Of a stretch of DNA of 64,000 nt, positions 36,956 through 56,560 are shown one piece after another. Origin of the DNA: Salpingoeca rosetta. Lineage: Eukaryota; Protista; Choanoflagellata. The stretch spans positions 933,333 through 997,332 of the forward strand of contig JAWQFM010000012.1 in the NCBI GenBank assembly GCA_033442325.1, given 5' to 3'. A program made the translations under genes and the position numbers. Each line of letters starts with the position of its first letter. Within the stretch, counting starts at the first letter, position 1. Below the pieces are notes generated by a model. It was not told the origin of the DNA. It did no database searches and was given only the letters and a program-made list of their open reading frames with translations.

Positions 36956-38134
36956 ATGGGTCGACGCGGCAAAGGGAACAAGGGCAGGAAAGGAGAGCAC
37001 AAGAAGGGAGATGCGCACGGTAGCTCTGCTACAGTCGACGACGCTGCTATCCCCAATGTCAACGGCACTGCCAGCCAGGCTGGGCAGCAGTTTGTGAAGC
37101 AGCCCAAGAGCACCATGCGTGCAGGCAATGGCAAAGTGATGACACCACACATGGAATTCATCGATGGCCTTGATGGGCACCATCGCATCAACGCCATGGC
37201 ACACAAGAAGGAAGGTGAGAGACAGGGAGACGTGGGGCATGAGGACGATGACGGGCTTGGGTCTTCTGCATCCACGCTGACAACGCCCGTGACAAAGGAA
37301 CACAACAGCCAACAACAGCGGCAACAGCGGCCAGTGGGGCTTGATTTTGGGCGACGGGTCTCTGCTCCCGCGCTAACCATCTCCGAGCTGGAGGAAGAGT
37401 ACACCGAGATGCACAATACGCACCACACGACGCGGACGACGCATGTCGTAAAGACGCCCTTGTCGCCCCAGAGCAGGGAGAAGCTGGTGAAGCTGCAGGA
37501 GATTGTGCGCAGCTTGAAGCTGGAGCTGGATCGTGTGAGGGACGAGAACCTGGAGCTGCGCGCCAGGAACCAGCAGCTACTCAGGCAACGACAGCAGGAA
37601 CAGCAGCAACAGCAGCAGCAGCACCTTGTTGATCCTGTGCGCAACAGTAACGGCTGTTCCTGGACAAGGCTGGTGTGTTTGACAGGTGTCATTGTGCATT
37701 CTTCCTTGCTATTTCATTGTGCGTCTTGCAGCACATTGATGGCCAGTTGAAAGGCCAATTGTACTGCTGTCTTGGACACTCTTCTTTGATTGATTTGTTG
37801 ATTGGTTGGCGTGCGTGTCACGTGTCACTCGTCTGTATGCTGCCCAACGTGCCCCATCCAGCCATCCGTTTGCACATCACACTGCCAACTAGAACTGCAA
37901 CCGTACCCTCTGCATGCATTCACGCGTGGTTCCCCTTTGCTTCCTCACCATTTCCAGGCACTGGCTGGGATGCTGATGTTGCTGGGATTGTTTGTGTTGC
38001 TGGGCTTGATGGACGACGAGCACATCTGCGCTGATTCAAAGGATTACCTCACACGCACGGCTGGCGTCTTTGTGCGCACGTACCTGCCCCCACTTCCTGG
38101 CCGGCAACCGGTCTCAGACTTTGTCTTTCAATGA
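36956..38134 (+). CDS. Hypothetical coiled-coil protein with C-terminal TM segment (3' end uncertain, alternative stop ~38505)
   Basis: Exon 1 has the heptad EKLVKLQEIVRSLKLELDRVRDENLELRARNQQL. A phase-0 intron leads to ALAGMLMLLGLFVLLGLMDDEHIC... Confidence 0.6.
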
Positions 38135-39577
38135 AAGCGACGGGCAACTTTGTGTGTGTGTGTGTGTGTATGTGTGTGTGTGCATGTGTGTGTGCGCATG
38201 TGTGTGTGTGTGTGTGTGCATGTGTGTGTGCGCATGTGTGTGTGTGTATAATAGACGTGTAAGTGTGTGTCTGTGTATGTAATGTAACTGTATTTGTAAA
38301 TGTGCGTGCGTGCGTGGGTGGTGCATGCCTGCATACGTGTACGCGTGCGTGCCCTGCTTCATTCTGTGTGGTGGTGGCTCCCTGTGCACTGCAAAACTGC
38401 AGCTGTTCCGAGGTTGCTCGCACCACACACGCTGGACGCGCCCATCCGTTCACTGCGCGAGCCCTTTTGTCTGCGTTGGCGACGTTGGCACGGCGGCGCG
38501 CTTGACTACATCCTTGCGCCTCTGGTTGAGTCGCTTCACTTTGTGTCTTGGCGACGTTGTGGTGTTTGTGTGTTCGCCCTGAACCACCGAAGCTGCTTGC
38601 TATCCCTCCCTCTCAAGCCTTCAAGCAGCAGTTGCCTGAAACTGCTCTGCTTGCCAACTTCGAATGTCCTTGGGTTATGTTACTTTCTCACTTTGAGTTG
38701 GCCGCCACATCCACAGCTACATCCACAGCCTGAACAGCCTGTCTCCTCAGCCTCATGCCTTCCATTCTCCAACCCATTCTCTTATCTTGCTGCATTTGCT
38801 TGCACCTTAGCACAGACCTCGCTTCCTCTGCCTGTGTTCCCATGAATGAACCAATAGCTGAATGGCACAATGTCAGCAACAATAGAGCAGTGAAAGGCGG
38901 AGGTGGTGGGAGAGGCACCTTGAATCCTTTGATCTGTGCGCAGTTGTCTTTGTGCTTGCAAGCAAGCAGCGAGCGCACAGCGAAGATGCCCACCGCGCGC
39001 AAAAACCACACGTTGCAAAAAACAATGACTTTGCGCCAACTGCAATTTGCAAGTACACCCCCTTTTTGCTGGTTGCTTCTGCACGTTGCCAGATCAATCT
39101 CGCAATCCCCAGCGATGGTTGCAAACACGGCTTCCCGCAAGAACGGGCACACACCAGAACATGCCACCACCGCCCAGCAGCTTGCCATCACGTCACACCA
39201 CGACGCAAGCGTGTCATCAGTTCTCAAGATGGGCGGTGATGATCAGAGGAAGCAAGCCCTGCCTGCCGCTGATCGCCTTGCCAAACACAGCCCAGAACAT
39301 GGCACGATCACACCGCTCCACCGTTCATTTTCTCCAAGTTCACGCCAGCAACAACAGCCAACCAAACAGCACCCAAGAGACAATACCCAGCCAGCTACCT
39401 ACCTGATCCGAGCGAACGACCAATCCGAGCGAACACACCTGATCCCAGCGAACATCTAAGCGAGTGATCGACCAAGCAAAACAGCCACCACCGCCGCATC
39501 GCACCGATCTCACACGCGCAGCACAGCACAGCACAGCACAGCACAGCACAGCACAGCACAGCACAGCACAGCAAACG

Positions 39578-41116
39578 ATGTTTGCGTTCCCAGGCAGCGG
39601 AGGCTTCTACTCCGACCCGTTTGGAGTGTCGCCTCGCCGCACGCGCAGGGCACCCCCAGCACCACCAGCAGCAGCAGCATACCAGGACCCATACGCCATG
39701 CCACAGCGCCGGGCGCCCCGCCGCTCCCCGCGGTCCCCTCAGCGACGCGAGGTGGAGGTGGAGCCCGAGGAGTTTGCTGACGAGGACTTGTACCGCAGCA
39801 TGGACCCGTTTGCCCGCATGATGTACGGCATGGACCCTTACGAGGCGCAGCGCCGCCGCAAGGCCGCCCAGGAGCAGGAGCGCGCGCGCCAGGCCCGCCT
39901 GCGCGAGCAGAAGCTGGCCAAGATGCGCAAGGCCGCCCTGATGCGGGGCTACAACCGCGCCGCCACCACCATCCAGCGCGCCTACCGCGCCCACCGCAAG
40001 GCCAAGCACATGGCGGAGCGGGAGGGGGCCGCGCTCGTGATCACGCGGTTCATGCGCGCGGTGCCCTCCGTGCGCCGGGCCAAGAAGATTGCCGCTTCCC
40101 TGCGCCAGCTGCGCTCTCTGGAGCAGGAGCTGGTCAAGATGACCGCCGCCTACCAGCAGCGCCCGTGGGGCTACCGCAACACGCTCTGGTTTGTGGACCA
40201 GGTGGAGAAGCTCATCTTGCGCCTGGACGAGGTGCAGCCGCACCGCAGCGAGTTTGTGCGCCACCGCCGCAAGGACGTTGTGCAGCACGCCCAGCAGTCG
40301 CTGCGCTACGCCGACTGCGTCATGCGCATGTTCAAGCGCAAGGCGCAGGTGCTGGCGCGTGCCCTGCGCACCCACCTGCACAGGAAGCACGCGCACCACC
40401 GCAACGCCGCCGCTCGCGTGGTTCAGCGCGTCATGCAAGGCGTGCCCAAGGTGAAGCAGGCGCGCCAGGTGCGCACGGCGCTGCAGCAGGTCCGCACGGA
40501 GCTGTCGCAGCTGCATGACCTTCGCCAGCGGTACATCGACGCCCTGCAGTCGGCGTCGTCCATGCTGCACGAGCACGAGCATGAGCACGGGGAGCTTGCG
40601 TTGGAGTCGGATGCCCTGGACTCGGCGCTGTCGCAGCTCACGTCGCTCGTGGCAGCCGATCTGCCTGCCCTCACCGGCAGCGACGCCACTGACGATTACG
40701 ATTACGACTACGACGACACGGCGTCCACAACCAGGAAGAGCAAGAAGGCGAAGAAGGCATCGTCCTCGAAGAAGAAGAAGCAACAGCAGCACAGCAAGGC
40801 GCACAAGCACCACGCGCACGACGACGAGTCCGCGATGGACGAGCTGGAGGACCAGCAGGAGGACGACGGCGATGGCGACGAGCTGAGCAGCAAGACGCGC
40901 ACGGCACTGCGGCTGCTGCACCACGATGACGACGATGAGGGCGCGACAGAGCTCTCCGAGCACACGGCCACGACCACGGATGCGGAGGAGGATGATGACG
41001 AGAGGCACGAGGCTTCGCGGGCGGCGGCGGCGGAAGAGCCCACGCCGAAGAAGAAGAAGCGGCGCCAGAAGAAGCGCCGTAACCGCAAGCTCAAGCGCAG
41101 CGTTGTTGCCGTCTAA
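39578..41116 (+). CDS. Intronless IQ-motif + BAG-domain protein
   Basis: IQ motif AATTIQRAYRAHRK; BAG-like helices VEKLILRLDEV...VRHRRKDVVQHAQQSLRYAD; strong GC3 codon bias; basic NLS-like tail. Confidence 0.75.
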   Translation: MFAFPGSGGFYSDPFGVSPRRTRRAPPAPPAAAAYQDPYAMPQRRAPRRSPRSPQRREVEVEPEEFADEDLYRSMDPFARMMYGMDPYEAQRRRKAAQEQERARQARLREQKLAKMRKAALMRGYNRAATTIQRAYRAHRKAKHMAEREGAALVITRFMRAVPSVRRAKKIAASLRQLRSLEQELVKMTAAYQQRPWGYRNTLWFVDQVEKLILRLDEVQPHRSEFVRHRRKDVVQHAQQSLRYADCVMRMFKRKAQVLARALRTHLHRKHAHHRNAAARVVQRVMQGVPKVKQARQVRTALQQVRTELSQLHDLRQRYIDALQSASSMLHEHEHEHGELALESDALDSALSQLTSLVAADLPALTGSDATDDYDYDYDDTASTTRKSKKAKKASSSKKKKQQQHSKAHKHHAHDDESAMDELEDQQEDDGDGDELSSKTRTALRLLHHDDDDEGATELSEHTATTTDAEEDDDERHEASRAAAAEEPTPKKKKRRQKKRRNRKLKRSVVAV

Positions 41117-41558
41117 CCTATGTTTGGGGATACGTGGCGTCGGGTGTGACAATGGGTGAAGATGGGTGAAGATGGGTGACGGTGATGAGTGTGTTGTGTT
41201 GTTGTTGTTTGAGCCGTGCCTTTCTCTTCTTCTTCTTGTTGTCGGTGTGTGTGTGTGTGTGTTTAAAGGCTATGTGAATAAGAGTGGGCCTTCCTTGCTT
41301 CTTTTACTTCCTTCCTTTATTGCTTCTAACTTTACATTGCCTGTCCAGCCATCACGATGCGCTTGCGAGCAAGTAAACGAACTCAGCCAAGACAGCAAGA
41401 AGGCAGCAAGACAACCATAGTGAGCGTGTGCTTGAGTGAAATGCGTCGGCATGAGTTGATGACTTGAAAGTCCTCCTCCCCTTTATTTTTTGCGCAGCAC
41501 AAACACGTCGTCCTTCCCCAGTCCATTCAGCTTGGCCACGAACAAGACAACTGAGACG

Positions 41559-44124
<2,566 letters not shown>

Positions 44125-44497
44125 TGATGGCGAGGCAGTTGCTGCTCGCGAGACATGGCAACGCAAGAGCAGCCACACGCATGCACCACCCCTCTGATGT
44201 GCCTTGTGTGCTCTCGCGCCGATGCATTGTGTTTTCGTGTTCGGTTGCTGGGACTTGCATTTTTGCGGTTTGTTTCACTTAGATGTGACTTGACTTGGTG
44301 GTAAGAGGGAGGGAGAGGGTTGTTGGATCCGATAGGCAACGTTAAATGCATTCGATTCAGAAAGGAAGCAGAAAACTCGCACACAAAGGGAGTGGGGGGG
44401 GGGAAGTAGAGGCAGGGACGATGAGACGGGGGGGGGGAGCAGTGCCACGCGAACCAACCATCAGTACAGACGCACGCAAACACAAAGAGACAGATTC

Positions 44498-44556
<59 letters not shown>

Positions 44557-44777
44557 CACTCATCAGTTAAGAAGCAACAGCGATACAGCACGCAAAGTAC
44601 GCGGCACCAAAGACAATCACAAGCACCAGAATACCATGACGCCAGCAACAACAACGATAACGAAATGGGAACAATGACCATGGCCAGAAGCAACTGCCGG
44701 CACAGCCAGCAAAAAAAAGGGCATGCATTCGATGCAAACAGCTAATCAGGGCGTGGTAGTCTGTAGTGGTGGTGGAC

Positions 44778-46848
44778 TCAGGCGGATGCCTTTGCCGCGG
44801 GCTTGGCTGTGAGCTCGTCTGGTGGGGGAGCGTTGTGGTCCAGCAACTTCTTGAGCGATTCGTTGCGGTTGGCGAGGGCAAAGTCGTATGCGGTCTTGCC
44901 GTGCTTGGTGGTGATGGTCTTGTCTGCGCCCGCAGTCAGCAGATACCGCACCAGCTTCACGTTGCCATGGTTCGTGGCAAGCTGTGTGGACAGTTGGAAG
45001 TGGTGGGAGGGGGGAACAGATTGGGTGAGGTCTGGTGCATGAAGTGTGTAATAGATTGACAGCACGAGTCAGCCTTGGGCCAGCACAGCAGACGAGTCAG
45101 CTTTTACACGCCCCAGCAAAGCACACGCGCACCACGACCACGACCAAACTCACCATGAGAGCGGTTGTTCCGGAGAAGTCGCCGGCATTGACATCTGCGC
45201 CCAAGTGCACGAGCGTGCGCGCCACGTCCACTCGGCCCAGCGTTGCAGCTGTACCAGGGAGCAGATAACGAGTGAGTGATGAAGTGGGTGCGTGGGATTG
45301 CGGAAAACAGTGAGAGATTGAGAGGCGGACAGAGAGACAAACCGACGGATAGAACTACAGACAGGCAGGGATACTGGGGCACAAGAATACTGAGACACAG
45401 GGATACAGACACAGACACACATACAGACAAGGACACAGACACACGCCCACCTACACCCACACACACACAGACAGACACAACACACAGACAAGGACACATA
45501 CACTCAGACAAGGACACATACACACCGCAGCGCAGGAGTGGGGTCCAGCCGTTGCTCATGTCACGCTGCTCCACGCGACAGCCCGCTTTCACAAGCACTG
45601 TGATCACTTCCGTGTTCCTGTCTCGTTTCGATCAAGGCGAAGGAAGCGGAAGAATGAGAGAGCGCGTGTGTGTGCATGAGAGGGAGAGCAGGAAGTAAGA
45701 TCAAGAGTGACGAGCGTCAATGTGCAGCAGGGTACGACAGGAAAGAGGAGGTGGAGTGTGAGCACATGCAGAGAGCACGCCGACGTGGGTTGTGTGTGCG
45801 TGTGTGTGTGTGTGTGTGGTGTTGTGTTGTGTCGGGTGTGCGAGCTGGCACTCGAGCAAGCAAGCAAGCAATGTATCAAAGTTGCGGGTTGCATGCACGC
45901 ACTCGGAGTCCACGGCATGGTGCAGGACGGAGACGCCGCCCTTGTCAGCAGCATGAATGTCCGCACCACCTGCATGATATGGTGCAAATGATGGCATTGG
46001 ATGCGCGTGAGAACAGGGTTGGAGAGGTGTGCGGAAGCAACATTGCCCACAGTATGTAAACAAGGAAACAAACACACAAGCACAGGAACAGAACCAGACA
46101 GGCACATCCACACCCACATACACACATGCGCATAATGTGATACCTTCAACAAGGCGCTTGACCGCTTCGACGTTGCCTTTGGCGGCGGCAAACATGAGCG
46201 CCGTCTTCATGCTGAGGGTAAAAGCATCCTTGCGGGCACCGAGACCAAGCAGCAGCTTCACCGTCTCTGCACGTGGTGCACGTGGTGATGGCGAATTGGT
46301 TAAAGATTGGGGGGGGGGAGGAGGGTGTGAGAGAAGGGAAGGGGTGAGCGGCACGAGGAGAAGCAGTAGGAGAGAGGTACAGCGATACACACACACACAC
46401 ATGCACACACATACACACATATGCACACACACATGCACACAAACTTACATGCACACATATATGCAAGGCAGATCGGTACCGAGTGACGCTAGGAAGCAAA
46501 GGTGCACAAACAAGCCATAGGCAATGTCACCACGTGATCTGACAGACCTGGATCGCCAATCTCCGCGGCTGACATGAGCGGGGTGAGCCCGAGGATGTTC
46601 ACGTAGTCAATGTCTTCCTGCAGTACCGACAGCGATATATGAGGTGGTGAGCGAACGACAGGAAACGTCTGGCAACAACTCGCGCCACAGCCAACAACCA
46701 TGGCACGTGAGCCGATGCATCCAATGCATGTTGCATGTGCGATTGCTACCTCGTCGTTCTCGATAATCTCCCGGATGCGGTCGTAGTCCTTGGCTTGCAC
46801 AGCCTTGTGCAGGACGCTTGTCTCAACACCAGCCGAGATCCTCTCCAT
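44778..46848 (-). CDS. Ankyrin-repeat protein resembling the FANK1 ankyrin region (no FN3 seen)
   Basis: LHKAV; GLTPLMSAA; KTALMFAAAKGNVEAVKRL; GGVSVLHHAVD; GCRVEQRDMSNGWTPLLR; GTTALMLATNHGNVKLVRYLL; GKTAYDFA. Confidence 0.85.
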
Positions 46849-47249
46849 GGTGGTGATGATGACGAACTTTTCGTTTGCGGCAGAGGGAGCGTTTGCGCGG
46901 GTGTGTGTGTATGTGTATGTGTGTGTGGCTGCGCGTGTGTGAAAATGTTGTCCCTTCCCTCTGCAAACCAAACCAGAAGACAAGAGGAGGTGCAGTGAGC
47001 AAGCTGTGATGATGGTGTGATGGAATGAACACAGAGAGAGAAGAATATGGAGGATCGGCAGCACAAACTTCTTTGAGGATGATGATGGCAACGCACGAGC
47101 ACACACAACCCCGCCGACACAACCACCAACCAAGTCAAGTCAAGTCAAGCAACCAAGTCAAGTCGAGCAAGAAGCAGTTGTAACCGACTTGATGGAATTT
47201 TTGTGTCGTCACAGTGGCGTTGCGTGGCGAACTGGCCATCAGGTTTGGG

Positions 47250-47284
<35 letters not shown>

Positions 47285-47370
47285 TGTTTGTGTTTGTGTG
47301 TGTGTGTGTGTGTGTGTTGGTGTGTGTGTGTGTGTGTTTGTTTGTGTGTGTGTGTGTTTGTGTTTGTGTT

Positions 47371-47410
<40 letters not shown>

Positions 47411-47808
47411 TGTGTGCGTGTGGTGCACAGCGTCCCACATCTCGCGACGCTTCCCTGCTTCTTCTTGTTGTTCATCTTGTTCTTGTTCTTTCCCACGTAC
47501 GTATTATGCAGGTTTATTAGCTACGAGCAGTCACATGCGCACGCGGTCGAGAAAGGAAAGGGAACCAGGCACGCAAAAAGGTGCACTCAAGAAATACCAC
47601 CACACGCTTCTTCACACAGCGCATCAAGACAAAAAAAGAAAAAAAAAGAAATGGCAAACAGGAAAGAGGAGCAAGGAGCACAACACGCACATATAGACAG
47701 GCGTATGTACGTACACACATGAAGATGCGCACACAAGCAACCACACAAACACGCAAACACACACACGCAAACGCACGCACGCACGCACACACACGCACGC
47801 ACACACAC

Positions 47809-47850
<42 letters not shown>

Positions 47851-47934
47851 ATACACACACACACACACACACACGCACATACACATACACATACACACAC
47901 CCACCCACACAAACGCACAGAGATGCGACAAGAA

Positions 47935-52190
<4,256 letters not shown>

Positions 52191-52619
52191 GTCCTTTGTC
52201 AACACGTAGCTGTGATCTTGTTGTGCCATCTGGTTGTGTGATCACACTCGTCCATTCAAAAATCACGGGTGTCGGCTCAAAAAGCACCACCACCGCCACC
52301 TCAAGGTGTTGTTGTCGAAATGGCTACGAAGCAAACCAAGCAAGCGCTGCGTTGCTTTTGCGCATCAGCAAAAGAAGCGCGTTGTCCTTCGTACTGGCAG
52401 CAGCGCTGGCAGCGCTGGCATGCGGGGCACTCGCGCATTGGCATGCATGTCTTCGCCTTGTCAACATGGTTGCGCTGCGTTGTGAGCCGTTGTGCGCAGC
52501 TGACCAACTCTTGCGAGTATTCATTAAAGATGCCAACAAATCCTCCACAACCGCACTCGGTTTGTTGACAGGAGCAGCAACTGCGCGAAAGAAACGCACA
52601 CAGACACGAACCCCTCAAC

Positions 52620-52967
52620 ATGAGCCGCTTGTTCACCCTTGTGGTAGGTGCATGCGCAGTGGTGGACCGATGAGTCTGAATGCGTGTGTGTGCGTGCGTG
52701 TGTGTGTGGTGTGCGTGTGCATGAGTGCGACAGTGCGTTTTGTTTCGTTCTTGAGTTCAGCAGCGTGATGTGACACCGCAAGGTTGTTTTGCATGTGTTT
52801 CGCTCACACATACTTTGACCACGCAACACGGTGAGCAGGCTGGCCTTGGGCTGGGCGGCGCCTTTGGCGTCTATGCAGCACAGAACTACGACGTGCCTCG
52901 CGTCACAGATGTTGCACAGCGCGCATTGGAATGGCTTGAAGACAAGGAAAAGTCGAATCGAAAATGA
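52620..52967 (+). CDS. STMP1: Short transmembrane mitochondrial protein 1-like microprotein, 50 aa; exons 52620-52643, 52839-52967
   Basis: MSRLFTLV/AGLGLGGAFGVYAAQNYDVPRVTDVAQRALEWLEDKEKSNRK* carries the family motif G.Y.AQNY..P; phase-0 GT..AG intron. Confidence 0.85.
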
Positions 52968-53746
52968 TGCTGTTTGTTCGCTCGGTGATCCGTTGGCTGG
53001 TTTGTTCGGTTGGTTCGTGGGTAAATGTGTTTGTTCGTTTGTTCGGTTGCTGTTGCTGCTGGCTGTCGACCGCTGCAGTTGCACGCCTTGCTTGTTACTT
53101 GCATAGACGTCCACCTGGAACTGAGTTGCCCTCCCCAAAATGTGCGTGCGTGCGTGCGTGCCCTTACGCATATGGACTAGCTTATCATCAGCCCCATGAG
53201 ATTCCTTCCTTTCTGGCCTCTGTTGTTTCCTTGTTGTTTGTTTCCTTCCCTCCATCCTCCCTTCCTTGCTTGTGGTTGAGTTGGTTCAGTAACGAGGGGA
53301 CCTCGCCCTCGTGTAAAAGCAAAATAGTCGTCGGAAAGCACGAAAACGCGAGAAGCAAGCATATCGGATGATGGAGATGGAGGAGGAGGAGGAGGAGGAG
53401 GAGGAGGAGGAGGAGGAGGAGGAGGAGGAGGAGGAGGAGGAAGGAGAGCAAGGGGCCTGGGGAAGAGGAGAGGAGCGGAAAGCTGCAGGAGATGGGGTGG
53501 GGAACATGAAGCCAAACATCCTCGCAGTCCTACAAGCACGCACATTGGCGCATCACAGATAGACAGACATACACACACTCACAAACCCACACACTCACTC
53601 ACACACACACACACAGCCACGCAGACACAGACACAGACACACTCACACACACACACACACAGACACAGACACAGACACACACACACACACACACACGATC
53701 AGGAAACCAAAGTTTCACCAGGAGGATGCACATATGGAGCCTGCCT

Positions 53747-54099
53747 TTAGAGGGCCTTTGCCTTGTTGAGGGCGGCAACAATGGCAGGCTTCTTCTCACG
53801 GCGCCACTGGTAGTACGGCTCATCCGTGCCGCACACCCAGTCCCAGAACTGCGCAGTTGTGGTGGGGTTCGTGACATGGCATGGGGAAGTTGATGAGCAA
53901 GGCGGGTGGGTTTGCCGGGGAAGGGAGGGGGTTGGTTGGTTTGTGGAACGCGGACACGGGCGTGTGTGTTAGCGCACAGCACAGGAGCACAGGGCCGCGC
54001 GCGAAAGAGTGTGCATTACCTTGGTGAATGAGCCGTACGAGCCCTTGTTCTGGAAGTGGTGGAAATCGTGGCGCTCCGCTCCGCCCTGCGTTGAAGGAA

Positions 54100-54189
<90 letters not shown>

Positions 54190-54533
54190 CGAGAAACGGG
54201 GATGCGGAGGCCAACGCACACAGATAGACAGAGACAGACAGACACAGGCACAGACACAGACACATACATACACACACACACACACACATGAACACACATG
54301 AACACACGCAATGTACCTGAATGGTGAGGAACAGGTTCCAGGGTGACCAGTCAAAGGCGTAGCCGGAGTGCGCGTCCACCGTCTCCCACAGGCGGAGAAA
54401 ACTCCTAAAATGGTTGAAATGGTTGTGGTGGCGCAGGTGAAGGTGAGAAGTGGGCACACGGTGGTTCGTCAGGCTGTTCGGTGAGCACAGTCACACAGGC
54501 ATGTAGGGACAAACGCACAGACACATGTAGAGT

Positions 54534-54610
<77 letters not shown>

Positions 54611-55927
54611 GATACACACATAGACACACAGACACACGCACAGACACAGACACAGACACACACACAGACACACAGACACACAGACACACAGACACACACA
54701 CACACCAGAGCACCATGACGGAGAGAGGGCAGCCAGAGATGAGGCAGCCGCTGTATGTTGGGATGAAGTTGGCAACCACTTCCTCAATGGGATGCGCGTA
54801 CAGCGCAGCAATGCCCACGCAGGCATGGAACTGGTGGTGTTGCTGTGCACAGTTTGGTGGAACGGGTAAACGTGGATACAGATGCGTGAGAGGGTGAGAT
54901 TGCGACATTGCCAATCGCCAGTCCAACCCAACTACACGCGACCTGCCTCGACGCAGGACTTCCAACGATATCACACACACACACACACACCTACCTTGTG
55001 GATGTGCTTGTAGATGCTTGGATGGTGGAGGATGCGATGACCCCAGTAGAACAGGGTGTCCTCGACGACAAGCGAGACAGCGAGGTAGCCAAGCGTTTTC
55101 CCTTTGTATGGAGGAGCAGATGATGTCACGGCAAAAAGGAGGCAAGGCGAACGTGGGGTGAGCTCAGTGTGACCACGGGACAGCAAGCGCTGCAAACCAA
55201 ACGTTGCTCGATGTTGCATTGGGGAACTCACAGAAGCCGGGGAGGGGCGCCGTCATATCCATGCCGCGCCACTTGTAGAGATCGTAGAGGAAGTACATGC
55301 CGATTGGTGAGGAGAGGATGACGGCGTTGACGTGAATCAGCGCCTTGCGGATCGTCTGCGGGGACTCGGGCTTGATGCCCAGGGGGCGCCTGCAAGGCGT
55401 TGCAAAAATATCCATGTGGGCACAGCAAGTAGATGAGTCACGTTGATGACCACAGCACAAAGGCGAAGCGCAGTTTGGGGGTGGGAAGAGAGGGGTGGGT
55501 GGGGACAAGGGAACCGGCACAGATCAATCAAGCACGTACACGTGCATTCATGCAAGATACTGTATGCACAGACAGGCAGACATACTCACAAAGTGTACAT
55601 GCGCACTGACTCACAAAGTGTACATACACGTAAACACAAAGTGTTCATGCACGCAAACACGCACACACACACAGACAATACACACACACACACTGACAAT
55701 ACACACACACTGACAATACACACACACACACACAGACACACGAAGCATACGTACGGGATGCGCTTGTTTGGGAAGAGGTCAAAGTAGTAGAAGACAGCAA
55801 ACACGAGGTTGACGAGGTAGAACGTGCCTGCGGAACCCAGCAAGAACAACACAGTAAACAGCAGGCGTTCATCGCCGCCACACCAGTCCAGCACCGTGGA
55901 CACTGTCGTGTTCCACACTTGCTCCAT
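53747..55927 (-). CDS. Sterol desaturase/fatty-acid hydroxylase family, C-4 methylsterol oxidase (ERG25/MSMO1)-like; 7 exons
   Basis: His boxes EDTLFYWGHRILHHP, YKHIHK/QHH, YAHPIE, ETVDAHSGY, HDFHH, then YGSF and WDWVCGTD. Confidence 0.88.
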
Positions 55928-56242
55928 CGTGCCAATAGGCAGGAAGACGAAGAAGGAGGAGGAGGGGGATGGAGGGATGGGAGCGCAACAAAAGCGCACA
56001 CAACATGAGAGAAGTCCTTCCACAACACAACACGCAAGAATTGAACAAAGTCAAATTTGCCCTGCTATCCAACAGTGGCAGGTCAAATTTGACGTTGGTT
56101 GGAGCAGAAGGAAGGACACCAGCAGCAGCAGCAACGGGCAGCAAGGCGTTTGGAGGCGAGTGTAAGTCATCATTGCACATCACCCAGCCACGCACGTCAC
56201 CAAGCCACTGCAAGGCCTCCCCACCCCCCAACACACATCTTC

Positions 56243-56484
56243 ATGTTTGCTTCCAAGATCCACAAGTGCTTGGAGGAGGAGGAGAAGATCACCATCGAAG
56301 ATGTTGCTGTCGCCAGCCACGGGTGAGACGTTGCGTTGCACACGCGTGCGTGTGTGTCGGGTGGGGGTGGGGGATGATGTTGAAAGGAACAACAGAACAA
56401 GAAGAAGAAGAGGAACTGTTGAACCGTTCAGTGGTGGCTCAAACTGTTGCACACGCACATGTATACACACAATGACATGTACAT

Positions 56485-56560
<76 letters not shown>

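Noticed and set aside
38755-39459. 234-aa plus-strand ORF
   Set aside because: No recognisable motif, lacks the codon bias of real exons, and resembles UTR/promoter sequence.
39395-41152. 585-aa minus-strand ORF
   Set aside because: Antisense shadow of the IQ-BAG gene.
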